Virus record (IMG/VR): IMGVR_UViG_3300003178_000005
Strand: one strand, 5' to 3'
DNA from: an uncultured virus (IMG/VR IMGVR_UViG_3300003178_000005)
Lineage: Duplodnaviria > Heunggongvirae > Uroviricota > Caudoviricetes
DNA length: 64,000 nt
Position numbers and translations under genes: made by a program. The notes under the pieces were generated by a model. That model was not told the DNA's origin and searched no databases. It saw only the letters and a program-made list of their open reading frames with translations. Positions 27,711 to 39,105 of the stretch are shown here, in pieces (the stretch's first letter is position 1; each line of letters opens with the position of its first letter).

Positions 27711-28145
27711 ATGGGTTTTATAGCATATGGGATGTGCTATTGCACAATCCCTGAAAACAAAATAAAAGAGCTGTGTCCAAATGAGTTTGAAGATTTAAAA
27801 ACAAAGATGGACTATTTTGATGTAGATATGACAGATATTGGAAGATATTGCTCATTTGATGACATTGAGCCTATCTATGAAGAAGTTGACCGTGATGCGG
27901 CAATAGAAAAATATTCAATGGACGATGAGGATGGTTCGATAGAAAGGGCAGCGCTAGAAATAGCTGACTCTTTTGACAATCTTTGCAAAGTGTTTAACGA
28001 AAAAACTGGTTATATACTTGAGGTTGTTACGCCAGATAGTGAAAGCTATGCCGAAGAAGACTATTATTGGGTCACAACTCTTCAACTTAGCAGGAGGCTA
28101 AGTGAGATGGGCGCTAGAGTTGTGACATGGGTTGAGTACGGATGA
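27711..28145 (+). CDS. Hypothetical acidic protein
   Basis: AAGGAGG SD, 144 aa. Confidence 0.65.
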   Translation: MGFIAYGMCYCTIPENKIKELCPNEFEDLKTKMDYFDVDMTDIGRYCSFDDIEPIYEEVDRDAAIEKYSMDDEDGSIERAALEIADSFDNLCKVFNEKTGYILEVVTPDSESYAEEDYYWVTTLQLSRRLSEMGARVVTWVEYG

Positions 28146-29038
28146 TTAAAATATTCGGAGCATCAGACTATGATGGCATAGCAAAATACTGGGTGAATAT
28201 GTCTGAAGACTCTCCTGATGCAATATGTAGACAAACAAAAATCATCGGTGAATATCGAAAATCGTCCAGAATGAAATGTACATATAAGCATATATACAGC
28301 TACAATACAATAGTTGGAACCAGAGTAGGTGACAATGACTTTATCCTAACAAGCACAACGTACTCAAATACAACAAGCATGCAAGTTGGTCTTCTGTCTC
28401 GCTCTCTGAGGGAAAAAAATGCAAGATTTACATTTGCGCTTATCCCTGAAAACGGTATGACATTAAACTACATGAAGCATGTTATCTCGATAAAAATGAG
28501 AAATCTTCGTTTGGCACATGAAGCGATAGCAAGGTCAAGAAAAGAGCATACTAGAAACGAAAAAATATTGAGTTTCAATTCCATGCTACAATCAGCCATT
28601 GTATTGATGAGGCTATATTATGCTAGCAACAAAAAGGCAGAAGACGGTAAGGATATAGATATTGCAATGTCTATAGACTACAGGTCAGATATAAATGATG
28701 CAGAAAAGAGAATACTTTCTGTTTACAACAAGAGGGCAAGTGATAAAAGGTACAGGATGAAGATGCTGAATGCGAAAAAACTGTACCCAGACTACAACAA
28801 TATGAAGATTATCACATCTGGCAATAAAGAGCTAGATATGATGACTCTTGCTATTTTGTCTGGAAAAATTACAATGCCATTCAAAAATCTAAAGATTGAT
28901 GATTTCGATGAAAAGCTTATCTCTGGAAAGCGCTACTATAAGTACAAAGGTGAGCTTATTGATGCAGAAGTTACAGATAAGCTTATATCGATATACTACG
29001 AAAAAATAAGCAATAAGGATAAAAATGAATACGCTTAA
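28142..29038 (+). CDS. Hypothetical protein
   Basis: 298 aa, ATGA overlap. Confidence 0.65.
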   Translation: MIKIFGASDYDGIAKYWVNMSEDSPDAICRQTKIIGEYRKSSRMKCTYKHIYSYNTIVGTRVGDNDFILTSTTYSNTTSMQVGLLSRSLREKNARFTFALIPENGMTLNYMKHVISIKMRNLRLAHEAIARSRKEHTRNEKILSFNSMLQSAIVLMRLYYASNKKAEDGKDIDIAMSIDYRSDINDAEKRILSVYNKRASDKRYRMKMLNAKKLYPDYNNMKIITSGNKELDMMTLAILSGKITMPFKNLKIDDFDEKLISGKRYYKYKGELIDAEVTDKLISIYYEKISNKDKNEYA

Positions 29039-29660
29039 AAGAATGTTCGAAATACAGGATTCGCTGAACATCGTAACTGCTGGCGAAGACTGGGCACAAA
29101 AAGGTCTTGACTGGAGGCTTGCTATTACACAAGAATGCTCTGAGCTGATTGACTCACTTCCATGGAAATGGTGGAAACATGGCTCATTTGACATTGAGAA
29201 TGTAAAAATAGAGATTGTCGATATATGGCACTTTATTTTATCTATCATGATTGAGGAGGATATTGTTCCGACAGAAATTCTTGAAGAGCAACTCAGAATA
29301 GCAGCTGGAGCAAAATCAGATGATTACGATGGCATCATAAATTTCTCAAAAGAGCTTATAGTTAAGACGCTCACAATAGAAAGGGGTGTTGACCTTGCAA
29401 TGATTCTAATGAATATTGCAGGAAAAGCCGGAATGAATTATGATGAAATAATGAAAATATATATCGGAAAGTCTGTGCTAAATAACTTCAGGCAGCTCAA
29501 TGGGTATTCTGATGGAGCATATAAGAAAGTATGGGACGGAAAAGAAGATAACGAGGTCATGATGGAGATAGTTGGAGCTATGAAATATGCAGAGTATGAT
29601 AATAGCTTTGAGGAAAAGCTTATGAATGAGTTGACTGAAAGATACATGATTGTAGAGTGA
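29025..29660 (+). CDS. Dimeric all-alpha dUTPase (dUTPase_2)
   Basis: ECSELIDS.PWKWWK, EIVDIWHF, K..LN.FRQ..GY..G.Y.K.W.GKEDNE. Confidence 0.92.
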   Translation: MNTLKRMFEIQDSLNIVTAGEDWAQKGLDWRLAITQECSELIDSLPWKWWKHGSFDIENVKIEIVDIWHFILSIMIEEDIVPTEILEEQLRIAAGAKSDDYDGIINFSKELIVKTLTIERGVDLAMILMNIAGKAGMNYDEIMKIYIGKSVLNNFRQLNGYSDGAYKKVWDGKEDNEVMMEIVGAMKYAEYDNSFEEKLMNELTERYMIVE

Positions 29661-29661
29661 T

Positions 29662-30045
29662 ATGGTATCCTCAGCTTTTAATAAAAAATATCATGCTACA
29701 CTTTCAGACATAGTATTTTCATCAAAGAAAATTCTTATAGAGAGAGACGGAGTCATAGTATCTATCGATACTAGGCTCCTGGACATAGAGGGGCTCAAGG
29801 TAATACTTAAGGTTCTGGATAGCAATTATCCAAGAGACGAAAAAACAGAAGAATACACACATAGCGCTAAGCTAAACAGACTTTATGAAAAGTTTGGGCA
29901 CCCTAAGTCAACAAGAGACATAACATCATCTGAATTGACAGAGCACATGTTGTGGATTCAAAATATTTGTGCACTAAACAATATAACATTACATGATGAC
30001 GAGTGGGACTCGTTATTAGAAAGGGCGGAAAAATATGATTACTAA
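29662..30045 (+). CDS. Hypothetical protein
   Basis: 127 aa ORF. Confidence 0.55.
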   Translation: MVSSAFNKKYHATLSDIVFSSKKILIERDGVIVSIDTRLLDIEGLKVILKVLDSNYPRDEKTEEYTHSAKLNRLYEKFGHPKSTRDITSSELTEHMLWIQNICALNNITLHDDEWDSLLERAEKYDY

Positions 30046-30655
30046 AAAAGATTTAGACCTAATACAAAAGGTTTTCGGAACAAATAAGCTTGAAGGAAGC
30101 ATGCCATACGCTTTTATTGACCAGTATGGGATATCTGTAAAATCGGTAGATAATGTCCATTCAATAGTTCTAAGAGTAGAGAATACTGGAAGTCAGTCAA
30201 GCAGGATATCATATACTATGCTTGTGTCTGTATTGTCGCATCTTAACGCTTTTGATGATGTTGGAATATACGGAGATGGAACGATTAAACTTTATGATAC
30301 CGTGTCTCAGCAAAACTTTGACATCAATATAGCCATGGAAAATGGAGAGTATGTAAATTTGCTGTCAAGAATACAAGGGAAAATAGCATCAAGCAAAGAA
30401 GAAAACGAAGACGATACAAGAGAGTTTTTTGTTGAGGATAAGCATTCAATGGACTCAGTGTATCTTTTTATACAAGATAAGTGCTATATGTCGCCTGAAG
30501 ACTTTGCACATATACAAAAGATGATGCACTTGCTTGTTGATACAACTGTGTATATCACAAGAATTCCTGAAGAAAATTCATTTGTATTGTACAACGAACA
30601 CGTCACATACATGTCGGATAACAGTGCAACTGTAGCAGACAATGAGGAGGCATAA
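30035..30655 (+). CDS. Hypothetical protein
   Basis: 206 aa ORF, coupled. Confidence 0.6.
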   Translation: MITKKDLDLIQKVFGTNKLEGSMPYAFIDQYGISVKSVDNVHSIVLRVENTGSQSSRISYTMLVSVLSHLNAFDDVGIYGDGTIKLYDTVSQQNFDINIAMENGEYVNLLSRIQGKIASSKEENEDDTREFFVEDKHSMDSVYLFIQDKCYMSPEDFAHIQKMMHLLVDTTVYITRIPEENSFVLYNEHVTYMSDNSATVADNEEA

Positions 30656-31539
30656 ATGAGAGTTGCGTCTGATTATATACTTGACTTTAACGACAGCCTT
30701 GATAATGTAAATGATGTAAAAATTTTCTTTGGTAAGCATGATGGAATACAGAGGTATGATAGATACAAATATCCTGTGGCGGAAAAGCTTGTAAGAGCCC
30801 AGCAGGCAGCTACATGGTTTCCTAGAGAAATAAACTTCTCAAGAGACAGGACTGGCTTTAACAATGCATTGTCAGAGCCTTTTCGTGAGATATACAAAGC
30901 CAATCTTCTATTTCAGACAATGGCAGACAGCCTTGCTAACAGATTCCTAGACAATGTCCTTGCTGAGTATGTAACAAGTCCAGAATGGGAAGCTGTCCTA
31001 AAATGGCAAGCGCACTTTGAACTTGTTCACTCAGAAGCATATAGTTGGAATATTAGAGAAGTTTTTAGTGACCCTGAAAAATTCTTCAACGAAGGCTTCA
31101 AGAACGAGAACATAAGAAAAAGGCTAGATATCGGTTCTTCGTTTCGTTTCTATATACATTCAAGATAAATGAAATGAATGAACAGGTAATGCAGGGTTCT
31201 GTAAACAATATTAAACTAATACTCAATGACGAAATAATTCACACTGTTATCTTTAGGAATCTAATCAATATATTGAAAGAAAACAGTGACGAAGGTTTTT
31301 CACATCTATTTACAGGTGAAATAGAAGATTTGATAGCAAATTGCTTCACTGAAGTAATAGAAAGCGAAATGGAGTGGTTTAGATACCTGTCAAGCATACA
31401 AGAAATTCTAGGTTTCAACGAGGAGACAATCCGTGGGTTTCTTGAGTACTACACGCATGCCGCATTAAAATTCATCAATAACAAAAATAGCGAGAATTTT
31501 ACATCATCACAGAACGAGCTTGTTGTTATAAATGGCTAA
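30656..31539 (+). CDS. nrdB: Ribonucleotide reductase class Ia beta subunit (two pieces, internal deletion near 31130)
   Basis: QRYD..KYP, WFPREI, FQTMADS, ELVHSEAY, RFFVSF, DEIIH. Confidence 0.88.
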
Positions 31540-33745
31540 AACAGATATGCTTGGCGATATAAAAAACAAATCTTTCATTGTAATCAAGCGTGATGGAAGA
31601 GAAGAGCCGTACTATAAGAGGAAGATGAATAGGGTTGCTATGTGGGCTTGTGATGGTGATGAGAATATGGCAGAAATACTTCTTAGAGACACAGTCGTAA
31701 AGGTTAAGGACAGAATAAAAATAAAAGACCTGTATCGTAACCTTATAGAAACTGCAGAAAGCAAGGTGAGTCAGATACAGCCATTTTGGCAATTTGTGGC
31801 GGCTAAACTATATCTTCTTGAGATGTATGCGGAGGCATATAATATAAAAGACAAAAAGTACCCACACATTATGGATGTCCTCAAGAAAGGAATCTCTAGC
31901 AAGGTTTATGACCCTGAGATTATATCGCTATATACACCAGAGGAAATAGACGAGATAAACTCTTTTATAGACCAAGAGAGAGACTTGACATTCAGCATAA
32001 ATGCTTTAAAGCAGTTCAACAAAAAATACTGCAAAAATTACTCAAAGACAAAAAAGCTTGAACTTCCTCAGATTACATATATCCGTGTTGCAATGGGGCT
32101 GTGTTACAATCTTGGGAAAGAATTCATACCTAAAATGACAAAAAGAAGAGTGGAAGTAATAAAGGACCTTTATGATATTCTGTCTAAAGGACAGGCCACT
32201 CTTGCTACTCCGATAATGATGAATTCTTTGACTCCATTAAATCAGTTCGCTAGCTGTATACTAAATACTATAGGTAATGATACGTGGGATTTAATGAATA
32301 AGCTTGTAACTGCAGGGTTATATACAAAAGGGCGTGGTGGCCTAGCATTTGATATAACACATATACAGGCAAAAGGCGGATATACAAAAAACGGTGTAGA
32401 GACCGGAGGAATTGTGCCTTTTATTAGAAATATACAGGCAGTAGTTACTTCAATGATGCAAGCTGACTCAAGAAGAGGAAGCGCTGTTATCACCTGCCAT
32501 TGGTGGCATCTTGACATAGAAGACTTCTTGCAGTTAAAAGATGCCTCAAGCGGAACTGACGAAAACAGGGCTCACCATCTCCAGTATTCTCTTGGAACAA
32601 ACGATTTCCTGTATAAAGCCGTAATAAACGACGAAGATGTGTATCTTTTTGACCCAATAGACGTACCTGAGCTTTTGTATGCTTATGGAGACGAGTGGGA
32701 AGAAATTTATATGGCTGCAGTAAATAGACACGGGATACGTAGAAAAAAAATAAAAGCGAAAGAGCTTTTTAGAGACTATTTCCTTAAATATTCGTTCCAG
32801 ACTGGGAATGTATATGAAATTATGCTTGACAATGCAAATAAGTCAAACATGCTTAATAGGTACATAGGCTCGTCTAACTTGTGCTGTGAAATTCTAGAGC
32901 CATCTAGACCGGGAAGGCTGATTAAAGAATCAATCATGTCTGAAGATGGCGAAGAATTCATGGTGACAAAATATGAAGATGAAGAAATAGCACTGTGCAA
33001 TCTTGCATCATTTAACTGTAATATTGCAGACCTCAGTGAAGATGAGATGAATAATATTGTCTATATAATTTCTCTTGTTGTGGACAATACAATTGACATC
33101 GGAAGATACATGAGGGCTGCAGGAAAGAAAACAAACATAGATTACAGATATATTGGGCTAGGATACAGTAATTATGCCAATTATATGGCTAGACATAAAG
33201 TAAAACTTGATTCTGATGAATCTCACGAAGTCACTTTCAAGTTATTTGACAAAATATCAAGTTCAATCCTGTACAACAATACAGTCCTCGCAGAGCAAAG
33301 AGGTAGGTTTAAAAAATTCGACGAAACAAAGTGGGCTGATGGAGTGGTTCCTTATGACCTAGGCAACAATATTCTTAAATCAAAATTTGGACACCTTTAC
33401 GACAAGGAAAGGGCAAAAATGATTAAAGAAAGAATTGCAAGGTTCGGGGTAAGGAACGCATTAATGTCCGCCATTGCTCCGACTGCCAGCTCAGCAACAT
33501 CTAGAGACCTGACTGAGTCAATAGAGCCAATCCTTTACTATAGCTATGAGCTCGATGGAGCAGTGTCAACTCGTGTGCTTGTGCCTGAGTTTCAGGAGCT
33601 AAACCAGCACTACAGTCTGGCATACGAGACAGACCAAAAAACTGACTTGCATGTCCTATCTTGGAAGCTTGGCGGAAAGACAATATACTATACAAATACG
33701 CCAAAAAATTCAGAGCACGACCAATGTGACAGCTGTAGCGCATAA
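31532..33745 (+). CDS. nrdA: Ribonucleotide reductase class Ia alpha subunit
   Basis: VIKRDG ATP cone, ATPIMMN, ASCIL, SSNLCCEI, LCNLAS, IAPTASS, C-terminal CDSC. Confidence 0.95.
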   Translation: MAKTDMLGDIKNKSFIVIKRDGREEPYYKRKMNRVAMWACDGDENMAEILLRDTVVKVKDRIKIKDLYRNLIETAESKVSQIQPFWQFVAAKLYLLEMYAEAYNIKDKKYPHIMDVLKKGISSKVYDPEIISLYTPEEIDEINSFIDQERDLTFSINALKQFNKKYCKNYSKTKKLELPQITYIRVAMGLCYNLGKEFIPKMTKRRVEVIKDLYDILSKGQATLATPIMMNSLTPLNQFASCILNTIGNDTWDLMNKLVTAGLYTKGRGGLAFDITHIQAKGGYTKNGVETGGIVPFIRNIQAVVTSMMQADSRRGSAVITCHWWHLDIEDFLQLKDASSGTDENRAHHLQYSLGTNDFLYKAVINDEDVYLFDPIDVPELLYAYGDEWEEIYMAAVNRHGIRRKKIKAKELFRDYFLKYSFQTGNVYEIMLDNANKSNMLNRYIGSSNLCCEILEPSRPGRLIKESIMSEDGEEFMVTKYEDEEIALCNLASFNCNIADLSEDEMNNIVYIISLVVDNTIDIGRYMRAAGKKTNIDYRYIGLGYSNYANYMARHKVKLDSDESHEVTFKLFDKISSSILYNNTVLAEQRGRFKKFDETKWADGVVPYDLGNNILKSKFGHLYDKERAKMIKERIARFGVRNALMSAIAPTASSATSRDLTESIEPILYYSYELDGAVSTRVLVPEFQELNQHYSLAYETDQKTDLHVLSWKLGGKTIYYTNTPKNSEHDQCDSCSA

Positions 33746-33754
33746 GGTAGTGCT

Positions 33755-34156
33755 ATGAAAAAGATAGATATAATAACCGCCATAACAAACACTGATGCTG
33801 GAAGGGCCGAACTTGGCCTTCCTAATGAGAAGATAGTTGTTTCCGACGAAGGAGGCAGCTATGCTTTTGTCTACTCAAAGGGATATGCAAGAATCTCTGA
33901 GTCTGAATTCGAAACAATTGTAATGAGGAATATTTTGTCGAAAATAATCCCAGATGATTACAAGGTTGAAGTTTCTCAGACAAAGGGAGACGAGATGATA
34001 AGATGTTCTGTATATAGTAAGAGAATGCATCATACAATGGCATATGGATACGGAACTACACATATAGAAGCCATTGGAAAATGCCTTCTTTCTGTAAACA
34101 AAGCAGTAGAAAAAGGGGAAGTTGTATATGGGGAACTTGGAAAAGATAAGCTCTAA
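33755..34156 (+). CDS. Hypothetical protein
   Basis: 133 aa ORF. Confidence 0.55.
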   Translation: MKKIDIITAITNTDAGRAELGLPNEKIVVSDEGGSYAFVYSKGYARISESEFETIVMRNILSKIIPDDYKVEVSQTKGDEMIRCSVYSKRMHHTMAYGYGTTHIEAIGKCLLSVNKAVEKGEVVYGELGKDKL

Positions 34157-34805
34157 AAAATTCCTAGCAAGAGCATTAAAAAGAAATATTGATGCAGGAA
34201 CAAATAAGTGCTTTGAGTACAATGGATTTAAGCTGTATCGTGATGGGGTAGATGGGTATAAAATACTAGACGAAGACATGCTTGATATTGGAACTTTCAA
34301 GATTGATGAAATCAACGAATATTTCATATCAAGCAGGTTGTCAAAAAAAAGCAAGCAGACTCAAAAGCCTATAAAAAGCAAGCCTAGAAAAAAGAAGAGA
34401 TTTGACATAATCTCTAATGAATTTATGGCTTTTGTAAAAGGATTTCCATGTATGGTTGAAGGGTGTTCAAATAAAAATATAGAAGCACACCATATATATG
34501 GAAGGCAGCCTGCAAGGCATGATATTCTGACAGTTCCATTGTGCAAAGAGCATCATACTGGAAGTAAATTTTCTGTCCATGAAGGAAATGTCAGAGAGTT
34601 CAGAGAACAGTATACCAGGCCGAAAATGGAGAAGGTGGCACTCGAAATACTTAAAGAGTGGAACAAGACAAGCATGTCAAATGAAATGTCACAAGAGATA
34701 GAAAAGCATCTGTCGAGGACATCGAAGCCATTTACTGCTGCAATAAAGGAGTTTATCCTTGGACGAAGAAAAGCTAACAAAGAAAGCATTATGGGTAAGG
34801 GATGA
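34122..34805 (+). CDS. HNH-like nuclease (DUF968/Ref-like domain)
   Basis: PCMVEGC...EAHH...HD..TVPLC..HH. Confidence 0.7.
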   Translation: MYMGNLEKISSKKFLARALKRNIDAGTNKCFEYNGFKLYRDGVDGYKILDEDMLDIGTFKIDEINEYFISSRLSKKSKQTQKPIKSKPRKKKRFDIISNEFMAFVKGFPCMVEGCSNKNIEAHHIYGRQPARHDILTVPLCKEHHTGSKFSVHEGNVREFREQYTRPKMEKVALEILKEWNKTSMSNEMSQEIEKHLSRTSKPFTAAIKEFILGRRKANKESIMGKG

Positions 34806-34982
34806 AAAGCTCAGATTGTCATCTGATGACAAAATAAAAGAGGTTGAAATAGAGTTTTTCGACGATAGAGTGAAAGTCACAGCAAGGCTTCCGGGAAACA
34901 AAACAAGAGCTGTTGTTATGAATAGCAAAAAGCTCGCAATGAAGCTTGCCGGAATATTATCTATGAACAGGGAGCAACATAA

Positions 34983-35420
34983 ATGTTGATAATTGATAAA
35001 GAGAACGACTACTTGGTAGATAGAGGGGATTACTATTCCATAAGCACAATAAACTCAAATGATAGCGTTATTGTAGAGCTCGATAAAAGATTGCATGTTG
35101 ATAGTGATATTATGGTTGCTGGGGATTTGCAATGCGGTGATATCGTGTGTGATGGAGTTGTAACAGTTAGTGGTAATTTGCTAACAAAAGACATACAGGC
35201 AGACAGTATATTTTTGTTTGGCGTTGCAAGAATAGAGGGAAATGTAGTTGTTAACAAGAATATCCAGTTTGGTAAAGCTAACGTAACAGGGACCATAATA
35301 TCTCACGGAGGACTGCATTCAATATCAGAACTTTATGTAGGAAGAAATGTAAGTGTTGCCACAACAGCAACTTTCAAGGAGAGTATGTGGCTGTCGTTAC
35401 AGATAATGTCCTTGCAGTAA
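34983..35420 (+). CDS. Beta-helix (bactofilin-like) repeat protein, probably frameshifted into 35387-35578
   Basis: Periodic V.G.L/I.A..I repeats. Confidence 0.5.
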   Translation: MLIIDKENDYLVDRGDYYSISTINSNDSVIVELDKRLHVDSDIMVAGDLQCGDIVCDGVVTVSGNLLTKDIQADSIFLFGVARIEGNVVVNKNIQFGKANVTGTIISHGGLHSISELYVGRNVSVATTATFKESMWLSLQIMSLQ

Positions 35421-35601
35421 CAAGAAATGGAAGCTCAGCGGAAATAGTAGAGAACTATCATGAGCACATAGAGGACATGAAAAATGATATTGACCATGTG
35501 TTTAAAGAGAGAGATGAGTTTATAATGAAGAATAGGCACATATTTGATGTCATTGCTTCAAAAATAAAGAAAAAATAACGAGGGGGCAGGAAACCCTCTC
35601 A

Positions 35602-37387
35602 TTATGCCCCTTGCTCGCCCTCTTGAACACTTTTGGCAGCTTGGTATGCCTGCTTGTTCTGCTGCATCTCCAGCATGGCCTTAACTACACCATACATTAT
35701 ATAATTGGTTTTGGCCATTTCGTCTAGCTGAGAACGTCTACTTCCTTCATCCATCTGAGAAAGCTGCTCTGCATATTGCTGCGCTTCAGCCATTAGAGCC
35801 TGCTGGTTCAGCGACTGGAAGTTGCTTGTATTCATTTGCTCCTCGGCTTTTGCTCTCTCTTCTATGCTAGTAGAAACCTCTTGTTGGTACCTGCTAAGTT
35901 CAAGCTGCGCCTTAACAGCATCTTTCTGGTCTTGTACCCCACGCTTCTTCTCTGTTCCAGAATCAATATTAAACATCTCAAGAAGTGTAGAGTTGCTAAT
36001 CATTCCTTGCCCAGAAGAAGCAAGCTGAATAATAGCAGCTTTTTCCTGCAGGTCATCAATAATCTTAAACGGAACCATTTTTACTTTTATAGGCTCTTTG
36101 TCTATCGCCACAGCAACTCTTCCAATAATAAACTGAATAACATCCTCAAGATTTGCTGATAGTCTTGCAAGCTGATTCTCTAGCAGTCTCAGGGAGCTTC
36201 CTTGTGCAGTATAGCTAAGCCCTCCCTTTATAAACTCAATTGGTATCCCTAGTGCATTTGCGATATTGGACTCAAGCTGGTCTATCTCCTGATTTAGAGA
36301 CAGCAGCTTCCCATCTCCAAGTATTGTTTCAACGCCAAGAGAAAAAGGCACTGTTTGTACGGCAGATGGGTCAAGCTTCCATTTTTCAAGCATTGAGTTT
36401 ATCTTTGCTACAAAGTCTGTTCCGCCATGCTATTTTCTCATTGGCTTTTCTGAGAATCATCAATGTAAGAAATGGAGGTATTGCTGACATAAGTGCTGGC
36501 ATACCCCATGCAGAGCTAATTCCGTTTATTGTCTCTCTCTTTGAGTGATATATGTGGCCATCAGCAAATTTAAATATCTTCTTCTGAAGTGCTGCTTCTA
36601 TCATTCCTATCGGCATGCTTGATAGCATGAACTCATCACTGCTTCGAACACCTTTTATTATATCGTCTGGAATCTGATAGTAGTACTGATTTTTTCCTGA
36701 TATTGGGTTTGACTTTATTTTTATAAGATTTGGATTCCAGGTTATTATGTTTATATCTTCTTTTGATTTAAACTTAATATCACGAACCGAATGCTCTGTT
36801 ATCTTTCTACATGAGCTGCAATGGCACGTAAATTTTACATTTATCTTTTTCCCTGATGTGCCTTTATACTTCCTTGTTACGTCGGCGGCACTCTCTACTG
36901 CCTCATCTCTTGATAAAGCATTTGAACTGAATGAGCCATACGTTGTTGTAGATGTATCGTCCTTTTTTCTTAGACCAACTTTTAGCTTTTCTGCGTGAGC
37001 CAATTGCTTTGTTTCTCCACACTCTGTACACCTAAGTAGCCTAACTATAGGAGAATAAACAGATATGAAACAGTTTCCATATAGAAGTGTGTTGTACGAT
37101 ATAGAGAGAAGCTTTGATTTCAAGTTAAGCGAATCTTCAAGCACAGATTTCCAGCTATCATCGACAGATGATGATGCCTCATTCTGGTCTCCTGCTGCAA
37201 GGTATTTAAAGGTTGTGACAGGCGTTTCAGACATCTTTTTTATACCTGCAGCAGCAATAGGGTTATTATTTACAATGAATTCCATCCACTCAAACAGTTC
37301 TTTTATGTTTGATGGAAGAGAGCTGCTAAATTGTGATAATAATGGATGCTTTCTATAGCGCCGTCTAAGGTCGAAGTCAGTAAACAA
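35602..37387 (-). CDS. Putative portal protein (pieces 36386-37387 and 35602-36393) with zinc-ribbon insertion
   Basis: YGNCFIS, HIYH, WGMP, IANALGIPIEFI.GG.SY; acidic Gln-rich tail; adjacent to the protease. Confidence 0.7.
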
Positions 37388-37395
37388 AGAGGCTC

Positions 37396-37530
37396 CTATT
37401 TCTTAATAACGGCGAGAAGAGAAATAATTCTCATGTCTGACGCCTTTTTTAGCAACTCCCTAGAAGAGGCAACTGTAACCCCTTGCTCTCTTACGTCTCT
37501 TGCAACCTTTAACAGTAGTTCTTTGTCCAT
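37396..37530 (-). CDS. 44 aa protein with K-x-A motifs
   Basis: MDKELLLKVARDVREQGVTVASSRELLKKASDMRIISLLAVIKK; AAGGG SD; below the ORF-track cutoff. Confidence 0.55.
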   Translation of the reverse strand: MDKELLLKVARDVREQGVTVASSRELLKKASDMRIISLLAVIKK

Positions 37531-37541
37531 ATTGTTTGCCC

Positions 37542-38063
37542 TTATTGTGCAGAATTTAAATTTTCAATTATTCTATCTGTAATTTTGTCTGCCAATGCTT
37601 CAGCAACCTTCTCAAGGTCATGCAGCTCAGCAAGAGTTTCTTCAGCGACCTTTAGTAGAGTATTTTCTTCAGCTTCTTCAGATGCAACTTTTCTAAGGTC
37701 AACTCCAGCCGCTTCATAAAGGGCGTCAAGAACATCCGCACTTGCTTTCTTTTCAAACATTACACCTGGCTCTACAGGCGGCTTCTTTGGCTTGATATTT
37801 TCAGTGCCTTGTCCATCTGGACTATTTGGTGTAACTTTGTCGAAATTAAGCACATCTTCTTCGTGCTTATTTTTTCCAAGAATGCCAAGACCAAGCTTCC
37901 CTTCAGACTTCTTAGGGGTTTCTGCGGGAACTTTTTTTACAGCTTCCTTGTTTTCTGTTGATTTTAGTGCGTTTGCGTCTGTAGCAACTTTCTCTATAGT
38001 TCCAGTCTCTTCTTCGCTAAGGTTTCCAAGTATATCCCTAAGGATGTCAGTTCTTTCGCCCAT
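37542..38063 (-). CDS. Putative scaffold/head-core protein
   Basis: Acidic and helical, five K-x-A motifs, between protease and portal. Confidence 0.6.
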   Translation of the reverse strand: MGERTDILRDILGNLSEEETGTIEKVATDANALKSTENKEAVKKVPAETPKKSEGKLGLGILGKNKHEEDVLNFDKVTPNSPDGQGTENIKPKKPPVEPGVMFEKKASADVLDALYEAAGVDLRKVASEEAEENTLLKVAEETLAELHDLEKVAEALADKITDRIIENLNSAQ

Positions 38064-38125
38064 TTGTTATTCCTTTATAAGTTTAATCCATATTTTAGCT
38101 AATTATACCAAAAAAAGGCACCATA

Positions 38126-38860
38126 TCAAACACTGTACTTTCCACGAAGCATCTCTGCATACAGAGCATCATCTACGTCAGAAGATGCAGTCTTGTTGTA
38201 TACAACTGTTTTTTGCCCACTTGAAAGAATTTTTACAACTTTTATGATTACGCCATCATTAATTAACTTGTTTATCAAATCTTTGCTTTCCTCTATACTA
38301 CGCTTTCCAACCTTCTCGGTTCTTCCATTCATATATGTTAATTCAAGTGACGAAAGGAAGTCCGATGTGCCAAGCTTGTCCCTTGCACTCTTTTCAAGCA
38401 TATCTGGAGACATACCCCTCATCCTTGCTATTATCTTGATATGCCTTGGGACATCAAAATCATCAAGTTTCATTGGTGTTGAGGCATTTTCCTGCGCTAC
38501 TGCTGGAACATTTGAAATCATAGACAGTATGTCTCCAAGAGTCATATCCAATGCGGCGCTATATATGCTTGGGTCTTTTACCCCAATAGCGTGGTATAAA
38601 GCCTCGCCTGGCAGCAACATTGCTCTATGTTTAGACAGATGTGCAATTGTAGTATCAAGTCCATCATCTATGGTGTCATCGAGTATTTTCTTTGGTATTG
38701 GGCACGAGCCACGCATGTTAAGGTCGCTAGTTATAGGCTCAGGAATATCTATGCTTCCATCCGAATCTTTTATGGATTCTATTTTGCCTGATACTATTTT
38801 TTCCAAATCAGCAAGTTTTTCAAGTCTCTTGAAGGTTTCACTTTTATTAAAATTATTCAT
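38126..38860 (-). CDS. Probable C-terminal region of the protease precursor, or a separate head protein
   Basis: LEKLA, LEKSA, YNKTAS motifs. Confidence 0.55.
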   Translation of the reverse strand: MNNFNKSETFKRLEKLADLEKIVSGKIESIKDSDGSIDIPEPITSDLNMRGSCPIPKKILDDTIDDGLDTTIAHLSKHRAMLLPGEALYHAIGVKDPSIYSAALDMTLGDILSMISNVPAVAQENASTPMKLDDFDVPRHIKIIARMRGMSPDMLEKSARDKLGTSDFLSSLELTYMNGRTEKVGKRSIEESKDLINKLINDGVIIKVVKILSSGQKTVVYNKTASSDVDDALYAEMLRGKYSV

Positions 38861-39105
38861 AGTACATTCCTAGTTGCATTTTTGAGTAAATAGCATTGCA
38901 GCTTTTCTCTCTACGTCTTTGTAGCCATGCTGTGCGGCTCTAACTTTTGCATAGGGAATTTTCTTTTTGCTGGAAGAAGGAATGCCTCTTTGCCATATTT
39001 TTTTTCAATCTTTTCCCTGTCATGACCACTATCTATCTTTTGTCTGAGCGTTTTACCAAATCTAGTTTGATTAATTGTCATTTTTCCCTCATATTTTTTA
39101 TGCAT

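Noticed and set aside
23867..33745. Inteins or introns in DnaB and NrdA
   Set aside because: Lengths are normal or short, and no intein or intron motifs were seen.
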